A stretch of 64,000 bases of DNA from an uncultured Gemmatimonadales bacterium (lineage in GTDB: Bacteria > Gemmatimonadota > Gemmatimonadetes > Longimicrobiales > RSA9), in the NCBI GenBank assembly GCA_963798085.1, contig CAWCRS010000003.1, positions 160,001 to 224,000 on the forward strand. Reading direction: 5' to 3'. The first letter of the stretch is position 1, and the number at the start of each line of letters is the position of its first letter. The notes beneath the pieces were generated by a model. That model worked only from the letters and a program-made list of their open reading frames with translations. It was not told the DNA's origin and did no database searches. The position numbers and the translations under genes were made by a program. Below are positions 30,439 through 41,756 of this stretch, in pieces.

Positions 30439-30472
30439 CGGGCGGGACCGGGCGCTCGCCCCGGCCCGCCCG
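30439..30472. terminator. GC hairpin between convergent genes
   Basis: GGGCGGGACCGGGCG..GCCCGGCCCGCCC imperfect stem, no long U-tract. Confidence 0.4.
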
Positions 30473-30479
30473 CTCGGTC

Positions 30480-31055
30480 TCAGCCCGCAGCCTTCTTCCT
30501 GACCGCGGACTTCGTCGTCTTCGTCGCGGGCTTCTTCACCTTTGCCGCGGGCTTCTTCTTTGCCGGCGGTTTCGTGGGTTCGGGCAGCTTGCCTACTTCC
30601 TCCCAGCCGGCAAACCGGCCCACGAGCGGACCCGGCAGGGGCGGCCACTGGCCGGTCGCGTCGAACGTCACTCTCGCCATGTACCAGCGCTGCGTGACCA
30701 GCTGCGCTTCCGGCCGCTGCGCGACGATCTTTCCGCCCACGTTCTCCCAGCCTGCCGTGTACAGATCCAGCCACGCCAGCATGCCGTCCGCACCGCCCGC
30801 CACGTTGCGCTCATCCACGGCCAGGCGGTAGGCCGGGCCGGACGGCGAATTCACCGGCAGTCCACGCTCGTGCGCATCCACCAGATCGGCCAGCCAGTCC
30901 TTGTAGCTGCGTTGCAGGAACGATCCCAGCTGACTGGTGGCGAAGTCTTCGGGCGCGAGCGTGGTGGGGCCGGCGCTGCCCACCGCGGGCACACGGCCCA
31001 TGCGCACGTATGCATTGGTGTTGCGGTCGAGCGTGAGTTTCTGCGGGATCTTCAT
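30480..31055 (-). CDS. Hypothetical protein with Lys/Ala/Pro-rich (PAKK-like) C-terminal tail
   Basis: ATG at 31055 follows AGAGG. The tail reads KPPAKKKPAAKVKKPATKTTKSAVRKKAAG. Confidence 0.65.
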   Translation of the reverse strand: MKIPQKLTLDRNTNAYVRMGRVPAVGSAGPTTLAPEDFATSQLGSFLQRSYKDWLADLVDAHERGLPVNSPSGPAYRLAVDERNVAGGADGMLAWLDLYTAGWENVGGKIVAQRPEAQLVTQRWYMARVTFDATGQWPPLPGPLVGRFAGWEEVGKLPEPTKPPAKKKPAAKVKKPATKTTKSAVRKKAAG

Positions 31056-31125
31056 GTGTTGCCCTCTGCGGGTGTACGCGCACGCGGCCTGCCGCCCGCG
31101 GGCGCGGGCGGCAGGCGATTCGCGG

Positions 31126-32421
31126 CTAGGCCGTGCGCGGCTTGCCGAACGGATCCTCCAGCGACGGGCTCTGCGGCGTGAGCAGTTCCGCGCCCGTCTC
31201 CGTGATGTGCATGTCATCCTCCAGGCGCACGCCGAATTCGCCGCGGATGTAGATGCCGGGCTCGTCGCTGAACATCATGTGCGGCTGCAGTAACAGCGTG
31301 TTACCGCGCACCAGGTACGGCCATTCGTGGCCGTCCATGCCAATGCCGTGGCCCACGCGGTGCGTGAAGTTGGTGTAGTCGGGGCCGTAGCCGGCATCAG
31401 TGATGACCTTGCGCGCCGCGGCGTCCACCGACTGCGCCTCCACGCCCGGCCGGGCCGCGGCCAGCGCAGCCGACTGCGCGCGGAACTCGATCTCGAACAC
31501 ATCCTTCATCTTCTGCGCAGGCGAGCCCAGCACGAAGGTGCGGCTGATGTCGGAGTGGTAGCCCTCGACCGTGCAGCCGCCGTCGATCAGCAGGATGGTC
31601 CCTTCGCGGATGCTCTGCGGCGTGATCGAGCCGTGCGGCAGCGCCGAGTACTCGGCCACGTTGACGCTGGCGCTGCCGGCGAAACCCAGGCGATCGTGCG
31701 CCTGGCTCACCAGTCTGCCGAAATCGTTCTGCGTCATGCCTTCCTTGAGCGCGTGGTACGCCGCCTCGTACGCCTTCAGGGTGACCTCGGACGCCAGGCG
31801 CATCAGCTCGATCTCGTGCGCATCCTTGATCATGCGGCAGCCCGCTGTCACCGGCGTGGCGCTGGTCAGCTTGAGCGCGGGCGCGGCGTGCGCAATGCCG
31901 TCGCTGAAGACATAACGCACGGTTTCCTCGATGCCCACGCGACCCGTGGCCACGCCGCGATCCTTGAGACCGCCTGCAATCAATGCGTAAGGACTCTCGT
32001 CTTCCTGCCACGTGCGAACATCGGCGTTACCGAGGGGTCCCAGAGCCAGCTGCTCCATGGACCGATCCTTCTCGAATGCCGGCGTCACTACGAAGGCATC
32101 GCCCTTCACGGGCACCACCACGGCGAACGTGCGCTCGCTCAGGCCCCAGTTCACGGCCGTGAAGTAGACCAGCGACGTGCCGCCCATGAGCACCATGGCG
32201 TCCAGCTTCTGCTGCGCCATGAGCTGCTTTGCCTTGTCCAGCCTGGTCGCGCGTTCCTCGCTCGTGATCGGTCTGGCCCTCGCCTTCATTGACTCGAGTG
32301 CCGCGATCAATGGCGGCAATGCGCTTCCGCCCGTCAGCTGGCTCGAGCCTTCCGCGGAGCTGCAACCGGCCGCGGCCAGCGCCGCGCCGGACATGCCCAG
32401 GAAATGACGGCGATTGATCAT
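31126..32421 (-). CDS. Xaa-Pro aminopeptidase (M24B) with Tat signal
   Basis: NRRHFL Tat motif plus AAGC, RMIKD.EIE, ALPHG, IDGG, SDISRT, HRVGHGIG.DGHE, DEPGIY and GVRLED. Confidence 0.93.
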   Translation of the reverse strand: MINRRHFLGMSGAALAAAGCSSAEGSSQLTGGSALPPLIAALESMKARARPITSEERATRLDKAKQLMAQQKLDAMVLMGGTSLVYFTAVNWGLSERTFAVVVPVKGDAFVVTPAFEKDRSMEQLALGPLGNADVRTWQEDESPYALIAGGLKDRGVATGRVGIEETVRYVFSDGIAHAAPALKLTSATPVTAGCRMIKDAHEIELMRLASEVTLKAYEAAYHALKEGMTQNDFGRLVSQAHDRLGFAGSASVNVAEYSALPHGSITPQSIREGTILLIDGGCTVEGYHSDISRTFVLGSPAQKMKDVFEIEFRAQSAALAAARPGVEAQSVDAAARKVITDAGYGPDYTNFTHRVGHGIGMDGHEWPYLVRGNTLLLQPHMMFSDEPGIYIRGEFGVRLEDDMHITETGAELLTPQSPSLEDPFGKPRTA

Positions 32422-32630
32422 GCGAGCTGTCTCCGGATCGGATTGTGGCAGGAAGCGACTGGCGGGATTCCGCCGCGTTCGAGTTTCTGGTGGTTCCGGG
32501 GAAGAGGAGATTTATCGACCGGGCCCGCTCGCGACAACCCGCGTGCGGCTGGCGCGTGGCGTGGCTCTCTGCGGCGGAGGCCGAACGTGCCGCTTGCGCC
32601 CCGCGCGCCGGCGGCGCTGCCGGCCAAGCG

Positions 32631-32999
32631 TCAGAGGCCTCTGCGGATCAGCCCGATGCGGTTGACATTGGGTGGGATCTCGACAATCACCTGCTCGCCC
32701 GGACTCACGCTCCACTCCTCACTGCGGAAGCGCTGGCCTGCGAGCAGGTTGACCTCGACCTGGATCGCCGGCCCGTACCATGCCGAGTTGAACGTCACGC
32801 GACTGTTGCCACCGACGACGCCGAGACGGCGGCGGTCTCCACGCCAGAGCAGGTAGACCGTGGCGTCGTAGAAATTCTGGTTCTCGATGCGCACGCGGAT
32901 GGGTGGGTACTGGTTCGACTGGCGCTGTTTCTTCAATGCGCACCCGCCGACCAGCAGCACGACGGCCAGCAGGATGAGGCCTGATCTGGAGCGTTTCAC
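32631..32999 (-). CDS. Hypothetical lipoprotein
   Basis: Lipobox VGGC followed by a small beta-rich domain (IRVRIENQNFYDATVYL). Confidence 0.7.
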   Translation of the reverse strand: MKRSRSGLILLAVVLLVGGCALKKQRQSNQYPPIRVRIENQNFYDATVYLLWRGDRRRLGVVGGNSRVTFNSAWYGPAIQVEVNLLAGQRFRSEEWSVSPGEQVIVEIPPNVNRIGLIRRGL

Positions 33000-33144
33000 G
33001 CGGTTCCCCCGCTCATGTGCGCCGTCTCGCCCGGGATTCCCTCAAGTCCCCTCCTGCAACGAGTCGCGCCCTGCAATCAAGCTGAACGCCGCGTGTCCGC
33101 AGCGCCAGTCTGGCTGCCCCGCCGGCTGGCTCGCGCGGCGCACG

Positions 33145-35772
33145 TCAATGCGCGCCCAGCGAGACCAGGTTCGCCAGCAGCCGGTACGCTCCGGGTACGC
33201 CTTCTGGAAGTTCGCGGAAGAAAGAGAGTGCGACGTAAACGTACGTTCCGCGCCCGTATTTCGTGACGAGCAGGCTGCCGCGCAACGGCGCTTCGCCCGG
33301 GTCGTTCATCTCGAATACCGGTGTGTAATGATCGTCCCAGTGACCCGGAAAATAGAGACCGCGCTCCTGCACCCAGCCATCGAAGTCGGATGCGCCAATG
33401 CGATTGGGTGTGGTAACCACCGGACTGGAAGAGTCGAGGATGCGCACCGGCGCGGTCTCGTCCGTCACCCGATCGCCCGATGCGATGGACAGCGGGTACG
33501 GCGCGTAGTTGCCCTGTGCGAATGCCGGCTGGTTGTACTGCACGATGTAGGTGCCGCCGCGCTGCACCCAGTCGAGCACGCGCGCGTTGCTGGCATCGAG
33601 ATCCTCGCGCACTTCGTACGCGCGTATGCCCGCGACGATCACATCGAAGCGGGAGAGGTCGCCGCTGCGCAGCAGTTCCGCGCTGACCGGCTCGACGTGC
33701 AGCCCCATCTGCTCGAGCGCGCTGGCCACGTTGTCGCCGGCCCCTTCAATGTAACCTACGCGCAGACCCTGCGCGACGCTGAGCGGGAACGCCGAGAACA
33801 ATGCCGCGGCATCGCGGAACAGCAGACGAGGCCGGATGTGCGGGTAATCGATGATGTTGTAGCCGCGGCGGTACGCAGCGCCGTCCTGCGTTTCGAATAC
33901 CGCGCCTACGCGGTACTGACCCGGCGCCAGCTCCGCAGGCGGCGACACCCTGAACTTCACGTTCTGGTCCTGGCCAGCCTTCGCGAATTGCACGGGCACT
34001 GCCGCCGGCTCGACGTGCCAGCCCGCGGGGGCTTCCAGCCGCAGGCTCCCCTGCACGGCGGACGTCGCCTCGGAGTGCACGAACACCGTCACGTCGTGGT
34101 TCGAGGTCGCGGCGCCTGCGCCATCGCTGTGGTTCGCGGGAGCGTCGCTGATGGGCGCGATCGCAATGCGCGGCTCGACCAGCACGCTGATCGCAGGCAC
34201 GATCAGCACGGGAAGCCGCCGTTCGCCTGTCGCCTTGTCCACGTCGACGAACGTGGCCGCGGTCGCGAAAGCCACAGCCTGTCCCGCCAGTCGCACGGTC
34301 GCCTCGGCCTGCACCGGTGGCGGCGCGTACGGCTCGCCGCGCAGCGCCGTGTCCGCGGGCCACGTGTACATGTCGCCCTGTCGTGGCTGGCGCAGGAAGT
34401 ACGGCTCGCTGGGCGGTGCACTGGTGGGCACGTGCACGTGGAACTCGCGCGTGGCCATTTCGCCGGGCCGCACCTGTGTGACCGCCGCGCCCCCACCGTC
34501 CACGGTCCAGCCCGCGGGCACCACGGGTTGCAGCCGGTCCACGGCGAGCGGCGCACGGCCGCCGTTCCACAAACGCACGGTTAGGACGAATCCCTCGCCC
34601 GGCACCACGCGCGGCCGGCTGGCCGTCGCGTCCAGCACGATGCCGTCGGCCAGGCGCAGCGCTTCCGTCAGCTCGTCGCGTTCCGCGGCAATGCGGAAGC
34701 GCAGATCCGTGGCGCTCCCGCCCTGCGTACCGGCCAGCGAGTCCGCGCGCTGCAATGCCGTCAACGCGCCCTCGAGAACCGGCACGATGGAGGCGGGCTG
34801 AAGAGCATCCCACGATGTCGTCGCCTTCGATACATCCTTTTCGTAGCTGTCGAGCGTGGCGGCCAGCAGGGCAGCGCGCGGGAAGGCGTGGCGGGCCATG
34901 CCTGCGAGTGTGGTGTCGAGTCCCTGGAACAGGGATGTGAATCCGGTGCGTGGCGCGCCCGCGATCACGAGCACGGCGGATCGCTGCGGTCCCGGCGGCT
35001 GCTGCGAGCCCTGGCCCTGCGAGCGATGGCGGCTGCGTCCCTCGAGCGCGATCTGGTAGTCGGAGCGGCCGAACAGCGGATCGAAATCGCCGGGTGACAG
35101 CCAGAACGCCACGCTGTCCGCCTGCCGCCACGTGGCCTGCAGCAGATACGGTGTCTTGTACGCGCGCAGGCCGGCCGCGATCTGTCCCGGGAAGCGCGCG
35201 GGATCCGCGGCCGCCTCGAATGCTTCGCGCGTAACGAGTCCTGAAGCCTGATGCTGGCCGTGCCCATCGCGCGGCGTGCCGCTCCACACGGAAAGAATCA
35301 CGTCCGGCCGGAACTTGCGAATCACCTCGACAACGTCGGCCACTACGGAATCGCGGGGCCAGTGGCGAAACGCCTCGTCGGCGGACTTCGAGAAGCCGTA
35401 GTCGTATTCGCGTCCGAAATACTGCCGCGCGCCATCCAGCCGCCGTGCCGCGAGCAGTTCATCCGTGCGGATCAGGCCCAGCCCTTCCTTCAGCTCCGGC
35501 CCGATGAGGTTCTGCCCGCCGTCGCCGCGCGTAAGAGACAGATAGGCGACGTCCAGTCCATCGCCCAGCGCCAGCGCAGCCAGGACGCCGTTGTTCTCGT
35601 CGTCGGGGTGCGCACCGATCATCAGCACGCGACCCGTGGTGTGCAGTCGCCGCAGCGCCAGTCCCAGCGCCTGCGCGCCGCGATACTCCGTCTCGTTGAC
35701 CTGCGCCGTCGCCGGTCCCGCGAGAACGGGAACGGCGAGCAGCACGGTGCTGAGCAGGTGTTTGACGTTCAT
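33145..35772 (-). CDS. PIG-L/LmbE-family deacetylase with NEW3-like and C-terminal GATase-like domains
   Basis: Signal peptide, GAHPDDE, TRGDGGQN, DYGFSK, HGQHQ, RSRHRSQG and WVQERGLY. Confidence 0.9.
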   Translation of the reverse strand: MNVKHLLSTVLLAVPVLAGPATAQVNETEYRGAQALGLALRRLHTTGRVLMIGAHPDDENNGVLAALALGDGLDVAYLSLTRGDGGQNLIGPELKEGLGLIRTDELLAARRLDGARQYFGREYDYGFSKSADEAFRHWPRDSVVADVVEVIRKFRPDVILSVWSGTPRDGHGQHQASGLVTREAFEAAADPARFPGQIAAGLRAYKTPYLLQATWRQADSVAFWLSPGDFDPLFGRSDYQIALEGRSRHRSQGQGSQQPPGPQRSAVLVIAGAPRTGFTSLFQGLDTTLAGMARHAFPRAALLAATLDSYEKDVSKATTSWDALQPASIVPVLEGALTALQRADSLAGTQGGSATDLRFRIAAERDELTEALRLADGIVLDATASRPRVVPGEGFVLTVRLWNGGRAPLAVDRLQPVVPAGWTVDGGGAAVTQVRPGEMATREFHVHVPTSAPPSEPYFLRQPRQGDMYTWPADTALRGEPYAPPPVQAEATVRLAGQAVAFATAATFVDVDKATGERRLPVLIVPAISVLVEPRIAIAPISDAPANHSDGAGAATSNHDVTVFVHSEATSAVQGSLRLEAPAGWHVEPAAVPVQFAKAGQDQNVKFRVSPPAELAPGQYRVGAVFETQDGAAYRRGYNIIDYPHIRPRLLFRDAAALFSAFPLSVAQGLRVGYIEGAGDNVASALEQMGLHVEPVSAELLRSGDLSRFDVIVAGIRAYEVREDLDASNARVLDWVQRGGTYIVQYNQPAFAQGNYAPYPLSIASGDRVTDETAPVRILDSSSPVVTTPNRIGASDFDGWVQERGLYFPGHWDDHYTPVFEMNDPGEAPLRGSLLVTKYGRGTYVYVALSFFRELPEGVPGAYRLLANLVSLGAH

Positions 35773-35875
35773 GAGACCCGATGATACGGTCACGAGGAAT
35801 CCCGGCAGGGCCCGGCTGGTGAACCCGCGAGGCATTGCCGGGGTTCCTCTTTGTGCCTCTCCAGGTGGAGCGCGC

Positions 35876-36766
35876 GTGCCCGAGCTGCCCGAGATCACAG
35901 TCTATCTGGACGCGCTCCAGCGTTTCGTCGTCGGCCAGCCGCTGGATCGCCTGCGCATTGCATCGCCATCCCTGCTGCGCACCTTCGATCCGCCCGCCTC
36001 CATTCTGCAGGGTCGCAGGGTGACGGGCGTCTTCCGCGTCGGCAAACGCATTGTCCTCGAGTTCGAAGGCGATCTCTTCGCGGTCATCCACCTCATGATC
36101 GCGGGCCGCCTGCGCTGGAAGCCGCGGGGCGCACCCGTGCCGCGCAAGCTGGGTCATGCCGCCTTCGACTTTCCTCATGGCACGCTGTTGCTCACCGAGG
36201 CGGGCACGAAGAAACGTGCGTCGCTGCACGTGGTACGCGGACGAGCGGCTGCCGAAGCGCTGGGCCGCGGCGGCATCGAGCCGCTCGAGGCGTCACCCGC
36301 GCAATTCCGCGAGGCACTGCTGCGCGAGAACCGCACGCTCAAGCGCGCACTCACCGATCCCCGCTTGTTCAGCGGCATCGGCAATGCGCACTCGGATGAG
36401 ATCCTGCTGGATGCGCGGCTCTCACCCGCACGGCTCACACGGAAGCTGGCCGACGACGAGATCGAGCGCCTCTACGCGGCCGTGCGCAGCTCGCTCGAGC
36501 ACTGGCTGCGCATCCTGCGCGAGGAAACCGGCACCGGCTTCCCCGACAGGATCACCGCATTCCACCCGCGCATGCGCGTGCACGGCCGATTCGGCCAGCC
36601 CTGCCCGGTGTGCGGCTCACCCATTCAACGCATCGTGTACGCGCAGAACGAGACCAACTACTGCGCCCACTGCCAGACGGGCGGCCGCCTGCTCGCGGAT
36701 CGCGCCTTCTCCCGCCTGCTCGGTGAAGACTGGCCGCGCACACTGGAAGAGCTGGAGGAAAAGTGA
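35876..36766 (+). CDS. Fpg/Nei-family DNA glycosylase/AP lyase
   Basis: N-terminal PELPE, RVGK, HLMIAGR, H2TH SGIGNA.SDEIL, and C-terminal CxxC...CxxC zinc finger. Confidence 0.92.
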   Translation: MPELPEITVYLDALQRFVVGQPLDRLRIASPSLLRTFDPPASILQGRRVTGVFRVGKRIVLEFEGDLFAVIHLMIAGRLRWKPRGAPVPRKLGHAAFDFPHGTLLLTEAGTKKRASLHVVRGRAAAEALGRGGIEPLEASPAQFREALLRENRTLKRALTDPRLFSGIGNAHSDEILLDARLSPARLTRKLADDEIERLYAAVRSSLEHWLRILREETGTGFPDRITAFHPRMRVHGRFGQPCPVCGSPIQRIVYAQNETNYCAHCQTGGRLLADRAFSRLLGEDWPRTLEELEEK

Positions 36767-38985
36767 AGGCGACGATGCTGCGTCGGGTCTTCGTCGCCTG
36801 CACACTCTTCTGTCTGATCACCACTCGGGCGGGGGCGCAGACCGGCGATTCGCTGCCGCCGCACCGGCCGCGCATTGGACTCGCGCTGGGCGGCGGTGGC
36901 GCGCGCGGCCTCGCCCACGTGGGTGTGCTCGAAGCACTCGAGGAATTGCACGTTCCCGTCGACATGATCGCGGGCACCAGCATTGGCGCGATCGTGGGCG
37001 GGCTCTACGCCGCGGGCCTCTCCGCGCACGACATCGAGGAGCGCCTGGCCACCATCGACTGGGACGATGTGCTCAGCAGCAAGCCGGCGCGCCGCGACGT
37101 CGAGTATCGCCGCAAGCAGGATGATCCGAATCTGCTCATCAAGTTCGATATGGGCTTCAGCGGCGGCCGCTTCCATCTGCCCGCGGGCGTGGTCGCGGCA
37201 CAGCGGCCCAGCCTGCTGCTGCGCCTGCTCACGCTGCCCGTAACCGGTGTGCGCGACTTCAACGCACTGCCCGTCCCCTTCCGCGCCGTGACCACGGACA
37301 TCACCACCGGCGACATGGTGGTGCTGGATCACGGCGACCTGGCGCAGTCCATTCTCGCGAGCATGGCCATTCCCGGCGTGTTCGCACCCGTCAGCATCGA
37401 CGGTCACCTGCTGGTGGACGGCGGTGTGGTGCGCAACCTGCCCGTCGATGTCGTGCGCGACATGGGCGCGGACATCGTGATCGCGGTCGATGTGGGCGCG
37501 CCCCTCGCACAGGCCGCCGACCTGACTTCGGCGGTCGACGTCTACGTGCAGACGCTCACCATCTTCACGCGCGGCAATGCGAACACGCAGGTTCGCGAGC
37601 TGCAACCGCAGGACGTGCTCATTGCCCCGGATCCCGGCAACACTGCGACCATGGATTTCCAGAAGCTGCGCGCTCTCGTCGCGGCCGGACGCCGCAGTGT
37701 CGAGCCGCTGCGCGACCGGCTCGCCGCGCTCGCCCTGCCCGCCGCGCAGTACGACTCGATCGCCGCCGCCCGCCGGCGCCACACGCAGCCGCACCCGCTG
37801 GATTTCGTGCGCGTCGACAACCCGTCGCGCTACTCGACGCGCATCGTCAAGGGCCGCCTCACACTGCAGCCCGGCGATACGCTCGACCCCGATCGCCTGG
37901 CCAGCGCCATCGACCGCGTCTACGGCCTGGGCGTGTTCGAGAAGGTGGACTTCGAGGTGGCGCACGATGACACGGCCGGCGACGGCATCATCCTGCACCT
38001 GCGCGAGAAGCCGTGGGGCCCCGCCACGCTGCGCTTCGGACTGGGCCTGACCGATGAGCCGAACGGCGAGAGCACCTACGAGCTGCGCACTAACATGACG
38101 TTGACAGGGCTGGATGCGCTGGGCGCGGACCTGCGCACCGAGTTCCGCGCGGGAGAAGTACGCGGCGGTCTGGTCGAGTTGTACCAGCCGGTCACCTTCA
38201 GCGGCCGCTTCTTCGTGTCACCCTGGCTGGAAGGTGAGCAGACCCTGTTCGACACCTTCCAGGACAACGTGCGCATTGCGGAGTACGACACGGACCGCCT
38301 GAGTGCGGGCTTCGATGCCGGTGTGCAGTTCGGACGCTGGGGTCAGCTGCGCATGGGCGTCGAGCGGCGCAAGGTGCACGCCGACCCGCTCATCGGTGAG
38401 CCCACCCTGCCCACGTACGACGTGCGCCACACCGTGTTCGGCGCGCAGCTCGACATCGATCGCCTGGACGACGTCTACTTCCCCACACGCGGCGGCCTCA
38501 CTCACCTGCGCTTCGAACGCGCCAGCCACTCCGACAGCGTGCCCGCCTTCACTCGCCTGCAGGCCAGCGCGCTTTCCGTCTTCTCCGCCGGACCGCACAC
38601 GCTGATCACCGCACTCGATGCCGGCACCGGCTTCGGCCCCGACCTGCCCGCCTACGAGCAGTTCGAGCTGGGCGGCTTCCTGCACCTCTCCGGCCTCCAC
38701 CGCCGCCAGGCCGCCGGCCGCTACTTCGCGCTGGGCCGGCTCATCTACATGAACCGCGTCGGCGACGCCGTCGGTCTCCGTTTCGCCGGCGGCCTGCGCA
38801 TGGGCGGCTCACTCGAGCTCGGCAACGCCTGGCAGGACCCGCCCCCCCTCGCCGGCAACGCCCTCCGCCTCGGCGTCAGCATCTTCGGTGGCCTCGAAAC
38901 CGTGCTCGGCCCCCTCTACGCCGCGTATGGAATCGCCGATCGCGGACGAAGGGCCTGGTACATTCTGTTAGGCAGAGCGCTCTAG
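36763..38985 (+). CDS. Patatin-like phospholipase fused to POTRA and Omp85-type beta-barrel (PlpD-like)
   Basis: Signal peptide, GGGGARG, GTSIG, ASMAIPG, DGG, and a beta-strand-rich C-terminus ending GPLYAAYG...WYILLG. Confidence 0.88.
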   Translation: MKATMLRRVFVACTLFCLITTRAGAQTGDSLPPHRPRIGLALGGGGARGLAHVGVLEALEELHVPVDMIAGTSIGAIVGGLYAAGLSAHDIEERLATIDWDDVLSSKPARRDVEYRRKQDDPNLLIKFDMGFSGGRFHLPAGVVAAQRPSLLLRLLTLPVTGVRDFNALPVPFRAVTTDITTGDMVVLDHGDLAQSILASMAIPGVFAPVSIDGHLLVDGGVVRNLPVDVVRDMGADIVIAVDVGAPLAQAADLTSAVDVYVQTLTIFTRGNANTQVRELQPQDVLIAPDPGNTATMDFQKLRALVAAGRRSVEPLRDRLAALALPAAQYDSIAAARRRHTQPHPLDFVRVDNPSRYSTRIVKGRLTLQPGDTLDPDRLASAIDRVYGLGVFEKVDFEVAHDDTAGDGIILHLREKPWGPATLRFGLGLTDEPNGESTYELRTNMTLTGLDALGADLRTEFRAGEVRGGLVELYQPVTFSGRFFVSPWLEGEQTLFDTFQDNVRIAEYDTDRLSAGFDAGVQFGRWGQLRMGVERRKVHADPLIGEPTLPTYDVRHTVFGAQLDIDRLDDVYFPTRGGLTHLRFERASHSDSVPAFTRLQASALSVFSAGPHTLITALDAGTGFGPDLPAYEQFELGGFLHLSGLHRRQAAGRYFALGRLIYMNRVGDAVGLRFAGGLRMGGSLELGNAWQDPPPLAGNALRLGVSIFGGLETVLGPLYAAYGIADRGRRAWYILLGRAL

Positions 38986-38993
38986 GGGACCGC

Positions 38994-39041
38994 GAACTGC
39001 GTTGCTGGGGCTGGTTGCTGGGCAACGAGCAACCAGCAACG
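38994..39041. repeat. Short copy of the REP-like repeat family
   Basis: GAACTGCGTTGCTGGGGCTGGTTGCT...AGCAACCAGCAAC shares GTTGCTGGGGCTGGTTGCT with 16902-16920 and lies between convergent genes. Confidence 0.7.
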
Positions 39042-39052
39042 CCTTTCCGGAC

Positions 39053-40159
39053 CTAATGCTTATGCCGCCCACCCCCCATGTCCATCGACCCCATGTCCAT
39101 CATCATCTCGTGCGGATGAGCATTGCTCACGGTTTCGACGTCCTTCAGGTACATGGGGTTCTTCGGGTCGATGGCGGGCCATTCGGCGCCGCGGCTGGCC
39201 AGCATGATGCCACCGAGTGCGCCCATGCCACCGCCGCGCAGGGTGTCACCGGTCGGATTCTCGTAGATCACGGTCAGGCGGTACGTGTGATCCGTGTGCA
39301 GCGGGATGCCCAGCTTCCACAGGAACATGTTCTGCGGCATGCCCTCGACATCGCCTGCGTCATCAAGGATGGGCTTCGCCTCGTAGAGCATTCTGCTCGC
39401 GGTCTGGTCGAACAGCTGCAGCGACGTCGCGTACCGGTGCACGTGACCGCCCATGCCGAGGATGCGCCCGGCTACGGCCGGCTTGCCTTCCCAGCTCTTC
39501 ACGAAATGACCGGGCGGCAGGTCGAACTCGTGGACGCCGGCCGGCGGCATCACGTCGAGGTAGAACGGATACACGCGCAGCGGCTGCAGCATGCCCGAGC
39601 GGTCGCCGTGCGGCATGCGCACGCGCACACGCACGCCTTCATAGGACTGATCGGTCGGATTGTAGAGCATCGCCATCAGCATCACGCGGTCGCCGCGGCT
39701 CAGCGGATAGCCCACGAAGCGGGGCGCATCCACGGGGCCGGTCTCGTGACCCGCCGCGCCCAGCCGCTGCATGATCGGGCTGAACAGCTCGCGGCGGCCG
39801 GGCACGATGATGTTCACGTGGTGCACCAGGTCATGCGGCACTTCCCGGCCGTACTTGTCGAGCAGCTCGATGTGGTAACCGTGCGCCCAGCCGTTGACCG
39901 GGACCACGCCTTCGCGCGTGGGTGGCTGCGTCATCGCCATGTCGGGCGCATGCGCCGGCAGATCCACCGGCGCCATCTCGAAGACCAGCTCATGGCTGCC
40001 GGCATCATAGGCGACACCCAGCGCACCGTCCTGCGCCGGTATCGGCTCCGGCCCCACCTGCGGCGGTCCCGTCCGGGCACAGGCTGCCAGGGCCGCCAGC
40101 AGCACCAGCGCCACTCGGCCGTCGACCTCGAAACCGGATCGGTCCAGCTGCTTCTGCAT
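39053..40159 (-). CDS. Lipoprotein with copper type II monooxygenase-like motifs and Met/His-rich tail
   Basis: Lipobox LAAC, VHHVN, MGGHVH, GGGMG, and tail HPHEMMMDMGSMDMGGGRHKH. Confidence 0.6.
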   Translation of the reverse strand: MQKQLDRSGFEVDGRVALVLLAALAACARTGPPQVGPEPIPAQDGALGVAYDAGSHELVFEMAPVDLPAHAPDMAMTQPPTREGVVPVNGWAHGYHIELLDKYGREVPHDLVHHVNIIVPGRRELFSPIMQRLGAAGHETGPVDAPRFVGYPLSRGDRVMLMAMLYNPTDQSYEGVRVRVRMPHGDRSGMLQPLRVYPFYLDVMPPAGVHEFDLPPGHFVKSWEGKPAVAGRILGMGGHVHRYATSLQLFDQTASRMLYEAKPILDDAGDVEGMPQNMFLWKLGIPLHTDHTYRLTVIYENPTGDTLRGGGMGALGGIMLASRGAEWPAIDPKNPMYLKDVETVSNAHPHEMMMDMGSMDMGGGRHKH

Positions 40160-40383
40160 GCTCCGTTCCCTTCGTGTCTGGTTCACTCCGGTGTTCCGGG
40201 GTGCTGCTTACAACCCGCAAGCCAGCACGCGGTTTCGCTGCGTGCCGCAGCACGCGCGGGCCCGAGCGCGCCGCGCGCCCACGTGTTATTCTTCTGTCCC
40301 AAAAGGCGCCCGGCGAGGAATGACGCTCGAGCCTGCACCCCCGGCCCGACCCATCCTCGCGGAAACCCGTGGAGACCCGCGTC

Positions 40384-41691
<1,308 letters not shown>

Positions 41692-41756
41692 CGAACAGCC
41701 TGTCAGGAGGCGACCGGAGCGCGTCCGCTTCCGGCCCCCCGGCGCGCGCCTCCGCC

